The notes under the pieces are model-generated. The model was not told the DNA's origin, searched no databases, and saw only the letters and a program-made list of their open reading frames with translations. DNA of 64,000 nt, from sequence record SRR31156797_589. One strand, given 5' to 3'. Shown piece by piece: positions 1-9,841 of this stretch (the stretch's first letter is position 1; every line of letters starts with the position of its first letter). The position numbers were made by a program, and so were the translations under genes.

Positions 1-1
1 A

Positions 2-370
2 GGTTTAGATGCTGGTACTGCATTTGAAATCCTATCAATCGATATAGCTGACGTTGACGTCGGACGTAATATCGGTGCTCAATTGCAAATGGATCAAGCA
101 GAAGCTGATCTGAATGTTGCTCGTGCTAAAGCCGAGGAAAGACGTGCTATGGCTGTAGCCAAAGAACAGGAAATGGTAGCTTTAGAGCAGGAAATGAGAG
201 CAAAGGTTGTAGAGGCAGAAGCAGAAGTTCCAAAGGCAATGTCACAAGCATTCAGAGACGGAAATATCGGTATCATGGATTACTACAATATGCAGAATGT
301 AAAGGCTGATACTACTATGAGGAATTCAATCTCAAGTATGGGCACAGAAAAAAACGAAGACAAGAAATAA
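2..370 (+). CDS. floA: Flotillin-like protein FloA (YqfA), 3' part, truncated by window edge
   Basis: Frame open from base 2: [36 protein letters not shown]...[16 protein letters not shown], the characteristic YqfA/FloA C-terminal half. Confidence 0.93.
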   Translation, partial: GLDAGTAFEILSIDIADVDVGRNIGAQLQMDQAEADLNVARAKAEERRAMAVAKEQEMVALEQEMRAKVVEAEAEVPKAMSQAFRDGNIGIMDYYNMQNVKADTTMRNSISSMGTEKNEDKK

Positions 371-432
371 CTATTAGCTAATAACGACTGTCTGCGTTTT
401 GTAGGCAGTCGTATAACAAGAAAGGATTTGCT

Positions 433-1047
433 ATGGAAGGCATTGGAGGATTATTAATATTCATTATTATTGCAATAATAAGTGCAGTATCAAAACAGAA
501 TAAAAGAAATAACCAGCAATCCAATACAAATACTTCATCTGTCAATCGTCCTGCTTCCAAATCTGCAAGTTCAGATATGCAGAACAATATTCGTGATCTT
601 GTTGGGCAGATTGAAAAGAAAATCAATGACGCTTCAGGCATGAATACGTCTTATCAGAATAAGCCTACTGCTACTCAAAAGAAGGATAATTACAATCCAT
701 CTTTGGAGGGGTACAAAATGGAAGGCTATCAGATGGAAGGTCATCAGATGGAAGGCTATAAAATGGAGGGGCATAAGGTAGAAGGCCATCGTGTAGAAGG
801 TATTCCACTTAAGCAAAGTCATAGTTTTAATAGCAGATTGTCAAAGAAAGACGCAAAAACCGAGCTATCTATGGGCAGAAAACATGCTGGCGAAGGTTAT
901 AAGTCTCACTATAATAAAGCAATAAAAAGCTCAGCATCGAAATCAATCAGAAACAAAAAATCGATAAGTTTACACTTTTCTGATAATCCTATGGTACAAG
1001 GCATGGTTATGTCGCAAGTGTTGGAAAGACCCACAAGACGATATTAG
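433..1047 (+). CDS. Hypothetical membrane-anchored protein in the YqfB position, with internal pentapeptide repeat
   Basis: N-terminal TM helix, low-complexity middle, C-terminal 'QGMVMSQVLERP' tail typical of proteins encoded after floA. Confidence 0.7.
   Translation: MEGIGGLLIFIIIAIISAVSKQNKRNNQQSNTNTSSVNRPASKSASSDMQNNIRDLVGQIEKKINDASGMNTSYQNKPTATQKKDNYNPSLEGYKMEGYQMEGHQMEGYKMEGHKVEGHRVEGIPLKQSHSFNSRLSKKDAKTELSMGRKHAGEGYKSHYNKAIKSSASKSIRNKKSISLHFSDNPMVQGMVMSQVLERPTRRY
706..801 (+). repeat. 15-bp coding tandem repeat, 6 copies plus a partial (EG[YH][KQR][MV])
   Basis: gaggggtacaaaatg/gaaggctatcagatg/gaaggtcatcagatg/gaaggctataaaatg/gaggggcataaggta/gaaggccatcgtgta/gaaggt. Confidence 0.9.
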
Positions 1048-1140
1048 GAATTTCAGACAAATAACCAGAGCTTTCTTATAATAAATGTCTATTGTTATGT
1101 ACATTTGATAAGAGAGCTTTTTTAATAAATGAGGTATATA

Positions 1141-1896
1141 ATGAGTAATATAAAGGTACTGATAGCAGATGACAATGCTGGTATGAGGATGATAATTCGT
1201 AAATTCCTTCAAAAGGACGGCAGCTTTGAAATAATAGGCGAGGCTGCAAGCGGTGAGGAAGCTGTAGAATTTTATAAACAATTTCAGCCCGATGTAATAT
1301 TTATGGATGTTCAGATGGATCCTATGGATGGGTTAACTGCTGCCAAGGAGATATTTGAAGTAAATCCTAGATGTAGAATCATATTTGCTACTGCACATGA
1401 TAAATATGCTATAGATGCATTCAAAGTGTATGCATTTGATTATCTTGTAAAGCCATTTGATATGGAACGTGTCAATATGACCATAGATAGAATTAAAAAT
1501 AGTACAGGTGAGGTATCAGTTTCTGATGAGCAAAATGCATCATCACATATGGGGATGTTCTCAAAGGAACTTAATAAACTTATGGTTAAGGACAAGGAAT
1601 GCACTGTCTTTGTAGATATGTATGATATCCACTTGGTACAGAGGGAAGAACGATCTACTGTTATATACACTTCAAATCAAAGAATTACTACAAATGAATC
1701 CTTATCGGATTTAAATAAAAGACTGGATTGTGAATTATTCTATAGGTGTCACAAATCATATATAATTAACTTGGCAATGGTTACTGAAGCCTATCCATAT
1801 GGCAGATGGACATATATAATCAAACTAAGAAATATTAAGCAGGATGCACTAATGACATATGATAAGTTTAATGCACTGAGTGAAAGATTTTCTTAA
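1141..1896 (+). CDS. LytTR-family response regulator
   Basis: Receiver domain (LIADD, FMDVQM, FATAH, DYLVKPF) plus LytTR domain (FYRCHKSYIINL); ATG at 1141 follows gaggta (ORF track start 1129). Confidence 0.92.
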   Translation: MSNIKVLIADDNAGMRMIIRKFLQKDGSFEIIGEAASGEEAVEFYKQFQPDVIFMDVQMDPMDGLTAAKEIFEVNPRCRIIFATAHDKYAIDAFKVYAFDYLVKPFDMERVNMTIDRIKNSTGEVSVSDEQNASSHMGMFSKELNKLMVKDKECTVFVDMYDIHLVQREERSTVIYTSNQRITTNESLSDLNKRLDCELFYRCHKSYIINLAMVTEAYPYGRWTYIIKLRNIKQDALMTYDKFNALSERFS

Positions 1897-2357
1897 TTTT
1901 CAATAATTTCATCTGATTTGTTATTTTCAGACTGCTTAAATGTCCAGAATTTATTGATAACAAAATTTAAAATCATAGTGACGCAAATAGTCATACACTG
2001 AGCTGGAATAACCCCAAGTCCTAATAGATTGTCAAGACCAGCAATATCAACAAGCAGATACATAATACCTGTATTTACTCCAAGTACTATTAAATTGGTT
2101 ATTAAAAACTTAGCTGCATTGTCAGCGGTACGTTTTGCCTTGAAAACTAAGTATGTAGACCATAAATAACCGTGGATTACACCGCAGATATATCCTATTG
2201 AGGATGATAACAGATAATTTACACCTAAAACAGAATTTAGTAAGTAAACAATTATAAGCGTAATAATTGTGTTGCCTGCGCCTACACAGCAAAACAGGAT
2301 GAATTGTTTGTATTTCAGAAATAATTCCTTGAGTTTATTCAAAATTTTTCCTTTCAT
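1893..2357 (-). CDS. GtrA-family membrane protein
   Basis: QFILFCCVGAGNT...YLWSTYLVF...NFVINKFWTF, four TM segments. Confidence 0.88.
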   Translation of the reverse strand: MKGKILNKLKELFLKYKQFILFCCVGAGNTIITLIIVYLLNSVLGVNYLLSSSIGYICGVIHGYLWSTYLVFKAKRTADNAAKFLITNLIVLGVNTGIMYLLVDIAGLDNLLGLGVIPAQCMTICVTMILNFVINKFWTFKQSENNKSDEIIEN

Positions 2358-2369
2358 CTATTGAATCAT

Positions 2370-3290
2370 TTATTTAATGAATATATTTTCTCTATGCCAT
2401 TTTATATATTCGAATTCACTTTTAGTCGCATTTATTGAGGTAAACATACTGATATTTAAGGGTTTAAAACTAGTATAATCTAATTTGCTTGATATCATAA
2501 TAATACCTAAATCATTAAACGTTATTAATCCATTCTCAAATAGGTATTTATGATTTAAGCATAATAAGATAACATTATTCAAATCCAACTTTTGAGGGAC
2601 AGAACAATTGTCCCATGGCTTTATATATACAGCGGATAATAAGTCCATATATTGCGCCTGACATAATGTGCATCCATTATACAATTTGATCTTTTTAGGT
2701 TTTAATATTTTTTCCAGAACTTCTTTTTCAATTAGCACTTTTCTTTCATCTTCAGTGTTTAATTCGGATAATTTATTTTCAATTGTGTTAATTAATTCAA
2801 TATCTTTATCCGAGAGCATTTTGCCTCGTAATTCTTCAATATTATTAAATTCCAATACTCTTTTTACAAGCAATTTGTGAACAGTATATGGTATTTTAAA
2901 AATATACCCATGCCTTTGGGAGAAGCTGTCTGTGTAAGGTGCTTTATCTTCGTAGCATAGATTATTTATATTCGTAATTAGTGTTGGTGACATATCTATA
3001 GGACGTCCTAAGTCGTGATATTGTACGTTCACGACAACACCATCGTCACCCCAAGGTGTCTTCTCCAGAAAAGAAGGACGTTTGCTTTGTACAGCGTTCT
3101 CCAAAACGAAACTGACAGATGATATCCTGTCCTCAGAAATATTATAAACTATATCTCCTTTTTGGAGTTTCTGCAGATTGATATAGTAGTTTTCTTCATA
3201 GCCCTCCATACATTTATTAGCTGTATAGAGGATATTGCCCATTCTTTCCTGAGGATAGCTTTTGTTTTGAAAAGCAATATAAGTTTGCAT
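2370..3290 (-). CDS. EVE/PUA-like N-terminal domain fused to an HNH endonuclease-like domain (active site degenerate)
   Basis: N-term FQNKSY.QE...LQKGDIVY...W..DG..V.V.Y..L..PI...GYIF; C-term C..C...IKPW...LD.NN.ILLC.NH..LF..GLITF...YIKWHRENIF. Confidence 0.75.
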   Translation of the reverse strand: MQTYIAFQNKSYPQERMGNILYTANKCMEGYEENYYINLQKLQKGDIVYNISEDRISSVSFVLENAVQSKRPSFLEKTPWGDDGVVVNVQYHDLGRPIDMSPTLITNINNLCYEDKAPYTDSFSQRHGYIFKIPYTVHKLLVKRVLEFNNIEELRGKMLSDKDIELINTIENKLSELNTEDERKVLIEKEVLEKILKPKKIKLYNGCTLCQAQYMDLLSAVYIKPWDNCSVPQKLDLNNVILLCLNHKYLFENGLITFNDLGIIMISSKLDYTSFKPLNISMFTSINATKSEFEYIKWHRENIFIK

Positions 3291-3458
3291 TCGATTCCCC
3301 TTTATTTGATTAACTAAACTTAAGTATAATAAAAAAGTAATAAAATTGCAACAAACTATTGATATATATCATGAATATTTTATAGTCAATTTACTTATTG
3401 ACTAAAAAGGACTATTGATATCAAGTAAAATAAGAAAATATGCAAAAATTAGACGTAA

Positions 3459-3540
3459 TAGGTTGAATTATAGCTAAAATTGATGTATAATTAAATAAAT
3501 AAATTAAATGACTAAACCTAGGTTAAATTATACTAAAATT
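3459..3540 (+). promoter_or_regulatory. Sigma-A-like promoter (TTGAAT-17-TATAAT, 3463-3491) with two repeated operator-like boxes upstream of the antitoxin gene
   Basis: taggttgaattatagctaaaatt (3459-3481) and taggttaaattatactaaaatt (3519-3540). Confidence 0.6.
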
Positions 3541-3567
3541 CGAGAATTTAAGGATATGAGGTAAATT

Positions 3568-3816
3568 ATGAAGTTTGATATTGAAAATATGATATCAATT
3601 ACTGAGGCAAATCAGAATTTTTCTAAAGTTGCAAGAAATGTTGACGAGAATGGCAGTGTACTTATATTAAAAAACAACAAACCCAAATATATACTTATAG
3701 ATATTGAAGACTATAAGAGAATTGAATCTGTTGCAAGTGATAATATTGAGAATTTTAACGGCAAGCTGGTCGAGGACAGTATGGCTGAATTTAATAAATT
3801 AGTAATAGGAGAGTAG
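3568..3816 (+). CDS. Phd/YefM-family antitoxin (no adjacent toxin)
   Basis: MISITEANQNFSKVARNVDENGSVLILKNNKPKYILID, the clostridial Phd-type N-terminal DNA-binding motif. Confidence 0.88.
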   Translation: MKFDIENMISITEANQNFSKVARNVDENGSVLILKNNKPKYILIDIEDYKRIESVASDNIENFNGKLVEDSMAEFNKLVIGE

Positions 3817-3826
3817 TCAGTAGATT

Positions 3827-4564
3827 TTAGTCCACTACATGACCATCTTTTACAAACATCTCCTTTACTTTTTTAATGAAATCATCTGATGGAGGCTGAG
3901 TATCTTTTAGTTTGTATTCAATGCCTAAATCTTTCCATTTGAACTCACCGAGTTTATGAAAGGGTAGTATTTCAACTTTTTTTATATTGTTATACTCTTT
4001 TAACATAGAGCTTAATTTCTTTAAGTCATCAATATCATCGGTATAGCCTGGAACAACAACATGGCGAATCCATGTATCGATATTCTTTTCTTGTGCTTTT
4101 TTCAAAAATTTTAAAGTGTTGTCCAGCTTACCGCCTGTTAATTCCGAATATTTATTTTCGTTGATATGCTTTATATCCAGTAAAAGAAGGTCTACGTTGT
4201 CAAGTAGATCTATGACTTTTAGTGAACAAATACTGCCAGAAGTATCTACAGCTGTGTGTATACGCAGTTTTTTCAATTTTTTAAATAATTCAGTAATGAA
4301 ATCAATCTGGATAAGGGGTTCACCGCCAGACACAGTGACCCCTCCACCAGATTTTCTGTAGTATGATTTATATCTTAAAATCGTATTAACCAATTCAGTT
4401 GTTGTATATTGTTTGCCCCCGTTCATTAGCCAAGTATCTGGATTGTGACAATAGAGGCAACGTAAATTACAGCCCTGCATAAAGATTACAAATCTTATTC
4501 CAGGACCGTCAACAGTACCGAATGTCTCGGTAGAATGAACCTTGCCGATTAAAGTATCATACAT
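3827..4564 (-). CDS. pflA: Pyruvate formate-lyase activating enzyme
   Basis: ETFGTVDGPGIRFVIFMQGCNLRCLYCHNPDTW radical-SAM motif; follows pflB. Confidence 0.96.
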   Translation of the reverse strand: MYDTLIGKVHSTETFGTVDGPGIRFVIFMQGCNLRCLYCHNPDTWLMNGGKQYTTTELVNTILRYKSYYRKSGGGVTVSGGEPLIQIDFITELFKKLKKLRIHTAVDTSGSICSLKVIDLLDNVDLLLLDIKHINENKYSELTGGKLDNTLKFLKKAQEKNIDTWIRHVVVPGYTDDIDDLKKLSSMLKEYNNIKKVEILPFHKLGEFKWKDLGIEYKLKDTQPPSDDFIKKVKEMFVKDGHVVD

Positions 4565-4578
4565 TAAATAATTCTATC

Positions 4579-6810
4579 CTATACGTTGCTGTGGAATGTT
4601 CTGTTGATTACATCCAGCTGTTGTTCTTTGGTAAGCTTTATAAAGTTTACAGCGTAGCCGGAAACCCTTATTGTAAGCTGAGGATAAAGCTCTGGGTGTT
4701 CCATAGCATCTTCTAATGTCTCCTTGTCAAAAACATTGATATTGATATGATGACCAGTATCACCAAAGTATCCATCCAGCAATGAACTTAGATTTTTTAT
4801 TCTGTTTTCTTTTGTTTTTCCAAGAGCTTTTGGAATGATTGAGAACGTATAGCTTATTCCATCCTTTGAATCATCGTAAGGCAGTTTAGCAACAGAAGCC
4901 ATTGAAGCCAGAGCACCGTTTTTGTCTCGTCCATGCATTGGATTAGCACCTGGAGCAAATGGTTCGCCTGCTTTTCTTCCATCAGGTGTTGAGCCAGTTT
5001 TCTTACCATAAACAACATTTGATGTGATAGTCAATATACTTAGGGTAGGGGTAGAATTCCTGTAAGTAGTATTACGCCTAAGCTTATTCATAAACCTTGT
5101 AATGATGTCAGATGCGATTTCATCAACTTCATCAATATTGTTGCCAAATGCAGGATATTCTCCTATGATTTTATAGTCTGTAGCCAATCCCTGCTCATTA
5201 CGAACTACTTTTACTTTTGAATATTTTATTGCAGATAATGAATCTGCAACTACTGACAGACCAGCAATACCGCATGCAGATGTTCTCTCAACATTTACAT
5301 CGTGCAGAGCCATCTGAAGTTTCTCGTATGCGTATTTGTCATGCATATAGTGAATAATATTCAGTGTGTTGATATACAGTTGAGACAGCCAGTTAAGAAT
5401 ATTATCAAACCTTTCCATAACTTCATCATAGTCAAGTATATCACCGGTTATGGGCTTGTATGCTGGAGCCACTTGTTCACCTGATAATTCATCAACGCCT
5501 CCGTTTATTGCGTACAGTAATGCTTTGGCAAGGTTGGCTCTAGCTCCGAAGAACTGCATTTGTTTACCAACTTTCATTGCTGATACACAGCATGCAATTG
5601 CGTAATCGTCACCATACTCTGGACGCATCAGATCATCGTTCTCATATTGAATTGAAGATGAGTCAATGGATGCTTGTGTAGAGAAATCTTTGAATCCCTG
5701 AGGAAGATTCTGTGACCATAGGACAGTCAGATTAGGTTCTGGCGCTGCACCTAATGTATATAATGTGTTAAGCATTCTAAAAGATGTCTTTGTAACCAGA
5801 GTTCTGCCGTCGCTACCCATACCGCCTATAGCTTCTGTTACCCATGTTGGATCGCCTGAGAACAACTCATTATATGCTGGAGTACGAAGAAAACGTACCA
5901 TACGAAGCTTGATAACAAACTGATCAATTATTTCCTGTGCTTCTTCTTCAGTGATTATACCATTATTTAAATCATTTTCAATATAGATATCAAAGAAGGT
6001 ACTTACCCGACCTAAGCTCATTGCAGCTCCATCCTGTTCCTTTATAGCTGCTAAATAGCCAAAATATGTCCACTGTACAGCTTCAAGTGCAGTCTGTGCA
6101 GGAGTTGAAATATCTATTCCGTAAAGACTAGCCATTTGTTTTAGCTCTTGCAGTGAATCAATCTGCATGGAGACTTCTTCACGGAGTACAATTGTCTCTT
6201 TGTCCATGGATTGCTTCTCAAGATTTAGCTTCGCCTGTTCTCTTTCATTTATCAGATAATCAATACCATATAGTGCAACACGTCTGTAATCGCCGATAAT
6301 ACGTCCTCGTCCATAGGAATCAGGCAGACCAGTGATAATACCAGAATGACGAGCCTTCCTCATGCCCGTCGTATATGCATCAAAAACCCCATCATTGTGC
6401 GTCTTTGCATTATGTGTGAATACTTCTTCTGTATTTGAATTGATTTCATAACCGTATGATTCAAGAGCTTTTTTTACTACACGAATGCCTCCTTTTGGCA
6501 TTATAGCCCTCTTTAGAGGTTTATCGGTCTGAATACCTACTATTGTTTCCAAATCTTTGTCGATATAACCTGCTTTATATGCTGTAACAGTAGAAGGAAT
6601 TGATGTTTCAGCATCTAGTATTCCCTTTTTTCGTTCTTCTTCCATTAGGTCAAGAACTTTTTTAAACAGCTTTTTTGTTCTTTCAGTAGGGGATTTTGTC
6701 AAAAACGAACTATCTCCTTCATAAGGGGTATAGTTATTTTGGATAAAATCTCTTACATCAATTATTTTTTTCCATTTAGTGCCGTCGAATTCACTCCAAT
6801 TTGTACTCAT
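4579..6810 (-). CDS. pflB: Formate C-acetyltransferase (pyruvate formate-lyase)
   Basis: [10 protein letters not shown] active-site cysteines; glycyl-radical motif TIRVSGYAV. Confidence 0.98.
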   Translation of the reverse strand: MSTNWSEFDGTKWKKIIDVRDFIQNNYTPYEGDSSFLTKSPTERTKKLFKKVLDLMEEERKKGILDAETSIPSTVTAYKAGYIDKDLETIVGIQTDKPLKRAIMPKGGIRVVKKALESYGYEINSNTEEVFTHNAKTHNDGVFDAYTTGMRKARHSGIITGLPDSYGRGRIIGDYRRVALYGIDYLINEREQAKLNLEKQSMDKETIVLREEVSMQIDSLQELKQMASLYGIDISTPAQTALEAVQWTYFGYLAAIKEQDGAAMSLGRVSTFFDIYIENDLNNGIITEEEAQEIIDQFVIKLRMVRFLRTPAYNELFSGDPTWVTEAIGGMGSDGRTLVTKTSFRMLNTLYTLGAAPEPNLTVLWSQNLPQGFKDFSTQASIDSSSIQYENDDLMRPEYGDDYAIACCVSAMKVGKQMQFFGARANLAKALLYAINGGVDELSGEQVAPAYKPITGDILDYDEVMERFDNILNWLSQLYINTLNIIHYMHDKYAYEKLQMALHDVNVERTSACGIAGLSVVADSLSAIKYSKVKVVRNEQGLATDYKIIGEYPAFGNNIDEVDEIASDIITRFMNKLRRNTTYRNSTPTLSILTITSNVVYGKKTGSTPDGRKAGEPFAPGANPMHGRDKNGALASMASVAKLPYDDSKDGISYTFSIIPKALGKTKENRIKNLSSLLDGYFGDTGHHININVFDKETLEDAMEHPELYPQLTIRVSGYAVNFIKLTKEQQLDVINRTFHSNV

Positions 6811-6983
6811 ATATATGCTCCTTGTAATTAAATTGTTATCATTATTGTATTATAAAATAAGATAAATATACCTACACCTTATTCATTATATAGTGTGTAA
6901 TTGAATTATAGCATAATATAAGATAATTTCAATATGACATAACTTAAATAAATAATGTTGTTCGTATGATGTGAATTATATAA

Positions 6984-7012
6984 TAAAGGGTGGTTTGTAA
7001 CCACCCTGTTTT
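6984..7012 (-). terminator. Rho-independent terminator after hpf
   Basis: agggtggtt-tgt-aaccaccct stem flanked by A/T runs, just past the hpf stop. Confidence 0.75.
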
Positions 7013-7021
7013 ATCATTATA

Positions 7022-7549
7022 TTAATATTCAGGTTCAAGTAATCCTATTTGCCCATCATTTCTTTTGTAGATTACACAAACTTTGTTGTTTTCACTATTA
7101 GTAAAGACATAGAAATTGTGCCCTAATAGATTCATCTGCATAATTGCTTCTTCTACTGTTGATGGTTTTAATTCAAAGTTCTTTCTCCTAACAACTGTTT
7201 GCTGTGATTGTAAAACTTCTTCATCTGAATAATTATTGTTTTCAAATGCACCTTTTCTCAATCTCTTTTCCAGCTTCGACTTTTGATGATGGATTTGCTT
7301 TTGAATTTTCTTAATAACCTCATCCACTGTAGCATAAATATCTCTGTTGCGTTCTTCTGCACGAATGATTATCCCTTTATAATATATGGTGGATTCCATG
7401 ATACTAATGTCTTTTTCTGCAGAAAGCACAACTTTGACATCTGTTGAATCATCAAAATATTTATCAAGTTTTTTAAACTTTTTCTTGATAACCTCCTTCA
7501 ATGAATCTGGTACATTATAGTGTTTTTTTTCGATAATATTTACTTTCAT
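7022..7549 (-). CDS. hpf: Ribosome hibernation promoting factor (long HPF/RaiA)
   Basis: KKLDKYF...IIRAEE...DIYATVD; C-terminal EEAIMQMNLLGHNFYVF...VIYKRNDGQIGLLEP. Confidence 0.95.
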   Translation of the reverse strand: MKVNIIEKKHYNVPDSLKEVIKKKFKKLDKYFDDSTDVKVVLSAEKDISIMESTIYYKGIIIRAEERNRDIYATVDEVIKKIQKQIHHQKSKLEKRLRKGAFENNNYSDEEVLQSQQTVVRRKNFELKPSTVEEAIMQMNLLGHNFYVFTNSENNKVCVIYKRNDGQIGLLEPEY

Positions 7550-7617
7550 ATTATACCTCCATATATTTAGTGTACTTATTTATATTATACACGAATTTTA
7601 CATGGAGTAAACATCGT

Positions 7618-9240
7618 TTACTCTACAATTTCCCAAGATTGTATTGATTTAAAAGCATCATAATCTCTGATGTCGGTAACGTTTATAACTCTGCCTCGGG
7701 TCAGCAGTGTGTTTGTCCTGAAATAAAGACTGATTATCGGAACGTCCTCAACAATCTTGTCCTGGACTAACCTTAAACTATTTCGAAGTCCTTCTGCTGT
7801 TGATTGCTTCATAACAGCATCTAAATATTCATCCATTTCTTCATCTGAATATCCTGACAAATTGTTGGAACCATCAGTACTGAAGAGGTGCCTGTAATCA
7901 GGTATATGATTAATATAAAATCCACCTAGGAGTAAATCGAAATACTCCTCTTGAATTCTTTTTTGCAAAGTTTCCCAATCCATCGAACGAACTTCCACCT
8001 TGATTCCTATATCCTCCAATTGCTTAGCTATATAATAAGCAGTCTCGTAACGCAGCGAGCTGGATTCATTATCGTTTGTTAATAAAGTGAGCTCAAAATC
8101 ATTATATACTCCATCAGGTGAAATATTGAAATATGTATCACTAGGGCTTTGTTTCTTCCAACCAGCAAGTGTCAGAAGCCGCTTTGCTTCCTCAATATCT
8201 CTTGTATACCCTTCAACTGTACCTTCATAAAGCCAAGATGACGGATTAATTGGTGATTCTGTAATTACAGCATGGTTAACATATACATTTGATATTATTT
8301 CTTGCCTGTCAATGGCTAAGGCTATTGCTTGTCGTACTCTTTTATCACGAAGGAGAATATTCTGCTTAATATTTGGCATAAGGAATTCATAGTAGTTTGT
8401 TGTATATTCAAACGTATTAATACTATCTGCTTCTCTAAGCTGATTAACTGTAATGTCATCTGTTTGAGTTACGTCAATTTGTCCTAGATCCAGAGCATTT
8501 ATGGCTATGTCATTGTCATCATATGGTTCTGCGATAATTGTTTCTATTTGAGGTGCAACCTGCCACCAGTTTTCATTAATGGCTAATTCTATTCTTGTAC
8601 CTGGTCTGTAATCAATAGTTTTATATGGTCCTGTACCAATAGGGTATTCAGGCTGGGAACCAGAAGCACTATAACCAATATCATACGGCAGTACCCAGAA
8701 ATTTAAAGCCTGTAAAAAGCCGTAGAATGGTTCATATGTTGTTAGTACCACAGTCTTATCATCCAGTGCTTCCCAACTTTTGATATAACCCATAACCTTG
8801 CAGTGAACAGATTCTTCCTTAACAGAATCCATTAATCCAATTGTAAAGATGACATCATATGCTGTGAGTTCTCTTCCTGTATTATGCCATATGACATTAT
8901 CCCGAAGTATAAATGTCCACTCTGTTCCATCATCGTTAACCCCCCATGACTTAGCAATAGATTGCTTTGGCTGATATGTATCGTCTAATTCAACAAATGG
9001 TTCATATATTAAGTTTAGAATATTAAGAGAATCTCTGTTTGTTACTAAATAAGGATTTGTACTCTGCATATCTGTAGGCATGACTGTTATTATTGATGTT
9101 TCCTTATCATACCAATCATCTACTATGACAGTTGGCTGTGGTGTTGCCTCAGCAGCCTGTAGTGTACTGCCGTTTGAGCATCCTGCCAGTACAGAAAAAA
9201 GTAATATAAATATAAGTGAAATTTTAACCAATCTCATCAA
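7618..9240 (-). CDS. Peptide/nickel ABC transporter substrate-binding lipoprotein (family 5)
   Basis: Lipobox VLAGC; IGTGPYK; VRQAIALAIDRQEII. Confidence 0.9.
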   Translation of the reverse strand: MMRLVKISLIFILLFSVLAGCSNGSTLQAAEATPQPTVIVDDWYDKETSIITVMPTDMQSTNPYLVTNRDSLNILNLIYEPFVELDDTYQPKQSIAKSWGVNDDGTEWTFILRDNVIWHNTGRELTAYDVIFTIGLMDSVKEESVHCKVMGYIKSWEALDDKTVVLTTYEPFYGFLQALNFWVLPYDIGYSASGSQPEYPIGTGPYKTIDYRPGTRIELAINENWWQVAPQIETIIAEPYDDNDIAINALDLGQIDVTQTDDITVNQLREADSINTFEYTTNYYEFLMPNIKQNILLRDKRVRQAIALAIDRQEIISNVYVNHAVITESPINPSSWLYEGTVEGYTRDIEEAKRLLTLAGWKKQSPSDTYFNISPDGVYNDFELTLLTNDNESSSLRYETAYYIAKQLEDIGIKVEVRSMDWETLQKRIQEEYFDLLLGGFYINHIPDYRHLFSTDGSNNLSGYSDEEMDEYLDAVMKQSTAEGLRNSLRLVQDKIVEDVPIISLYFRTNTLLTRGRVINVTDIRDYDAFKSIQSWEIVE

Positions 9241-9841
9241 TAATTTCCTCCAATAGATTTTTTATATACCTAATTGTGCTTTCAATAGATGAAGATGTAT
9301 CTATTGTTTTTGTAGCACGTTGTGTTTTTACTGAATCAGGCATTTGGTTTTCAATTATTTCAACTGCTTGCTCATAGGTTTTTCCGTCCCGTTCCATAAC
9401 GCGGCGTATCTGCTCGTCCACACCGCAAACCAGCAGCCAAGTTTCATTGCATATTTTATCCTGATTTGTTTCAAACAATAATGGAGCATCAAGGAATGCC
9501 AGCTTTACATTTGATTTTTGTAAGTTATCAATCTGAGCATTGATTTTTCTTATTATAATAGGGTGGAGCAAAGAATTTAGTTTATCAACATATTCCTTCT
9601 TTTGAAACACGTAATCAGCTAGTTTTTTTCTGTTTATCGTATAGTCCTTATTAACGAAATCATTACCAAATTCTGCAATTACTTCGTACCAACCTTCATG
9701 GTTTGGCTCCAGTATCTCTTTGGAAACTTTATCTGCATCAATAACATTTATTCCAACACTTTTTAAAACAGCAGATACTGTGCTTTTTCCAGTTGCTATT
9801 CCTCCTGTTAAACCTATTAAATACATTTTATTTTGCTTCAT
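9224..9841 (-). CDS. coaE: Dephospho-CoA kinase
   Basis: IGLTGGIATGKSTV, DAPLLFE; overlaps the polA stop (alternative start 9826). Confidence 0.95.
   Translation of the reverse strand: MKQNKMYLIGLTGGIATGKSTVSAVLKSVGINVIDADKVSKEILEPNHEGWYEVIAEFGNDFVNKDYTINRKKLADYVFQKKEYVDKLNSLLHPIIIRKINAQIDNLQKSNVKLAFLDAPLLFETNQDKICNETWLLVCGVDEQIRRVMERDGKTYEQAVEIIENQMPDSVKTQRATKTIDTSSSIESTIRYIKNLLEEIIDEIG

Noticed and set aside
706-801. CRISPR-like array
   Set aside because: In-frame 15-bp tandem coding repeat without spacers; no cas genes.
1141-1896. Orphan LytTR regulator as a novel system
   Set aside because: Kinase-less LytTR genes are common in Clostridia; nothing else unusual was seen.
6811-6983. Rex operator upstream of pflB
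   Set aside because: Only half-site-like TGTGAA; no convincing TTGTGAA-N4-TTCACAA palindrome.
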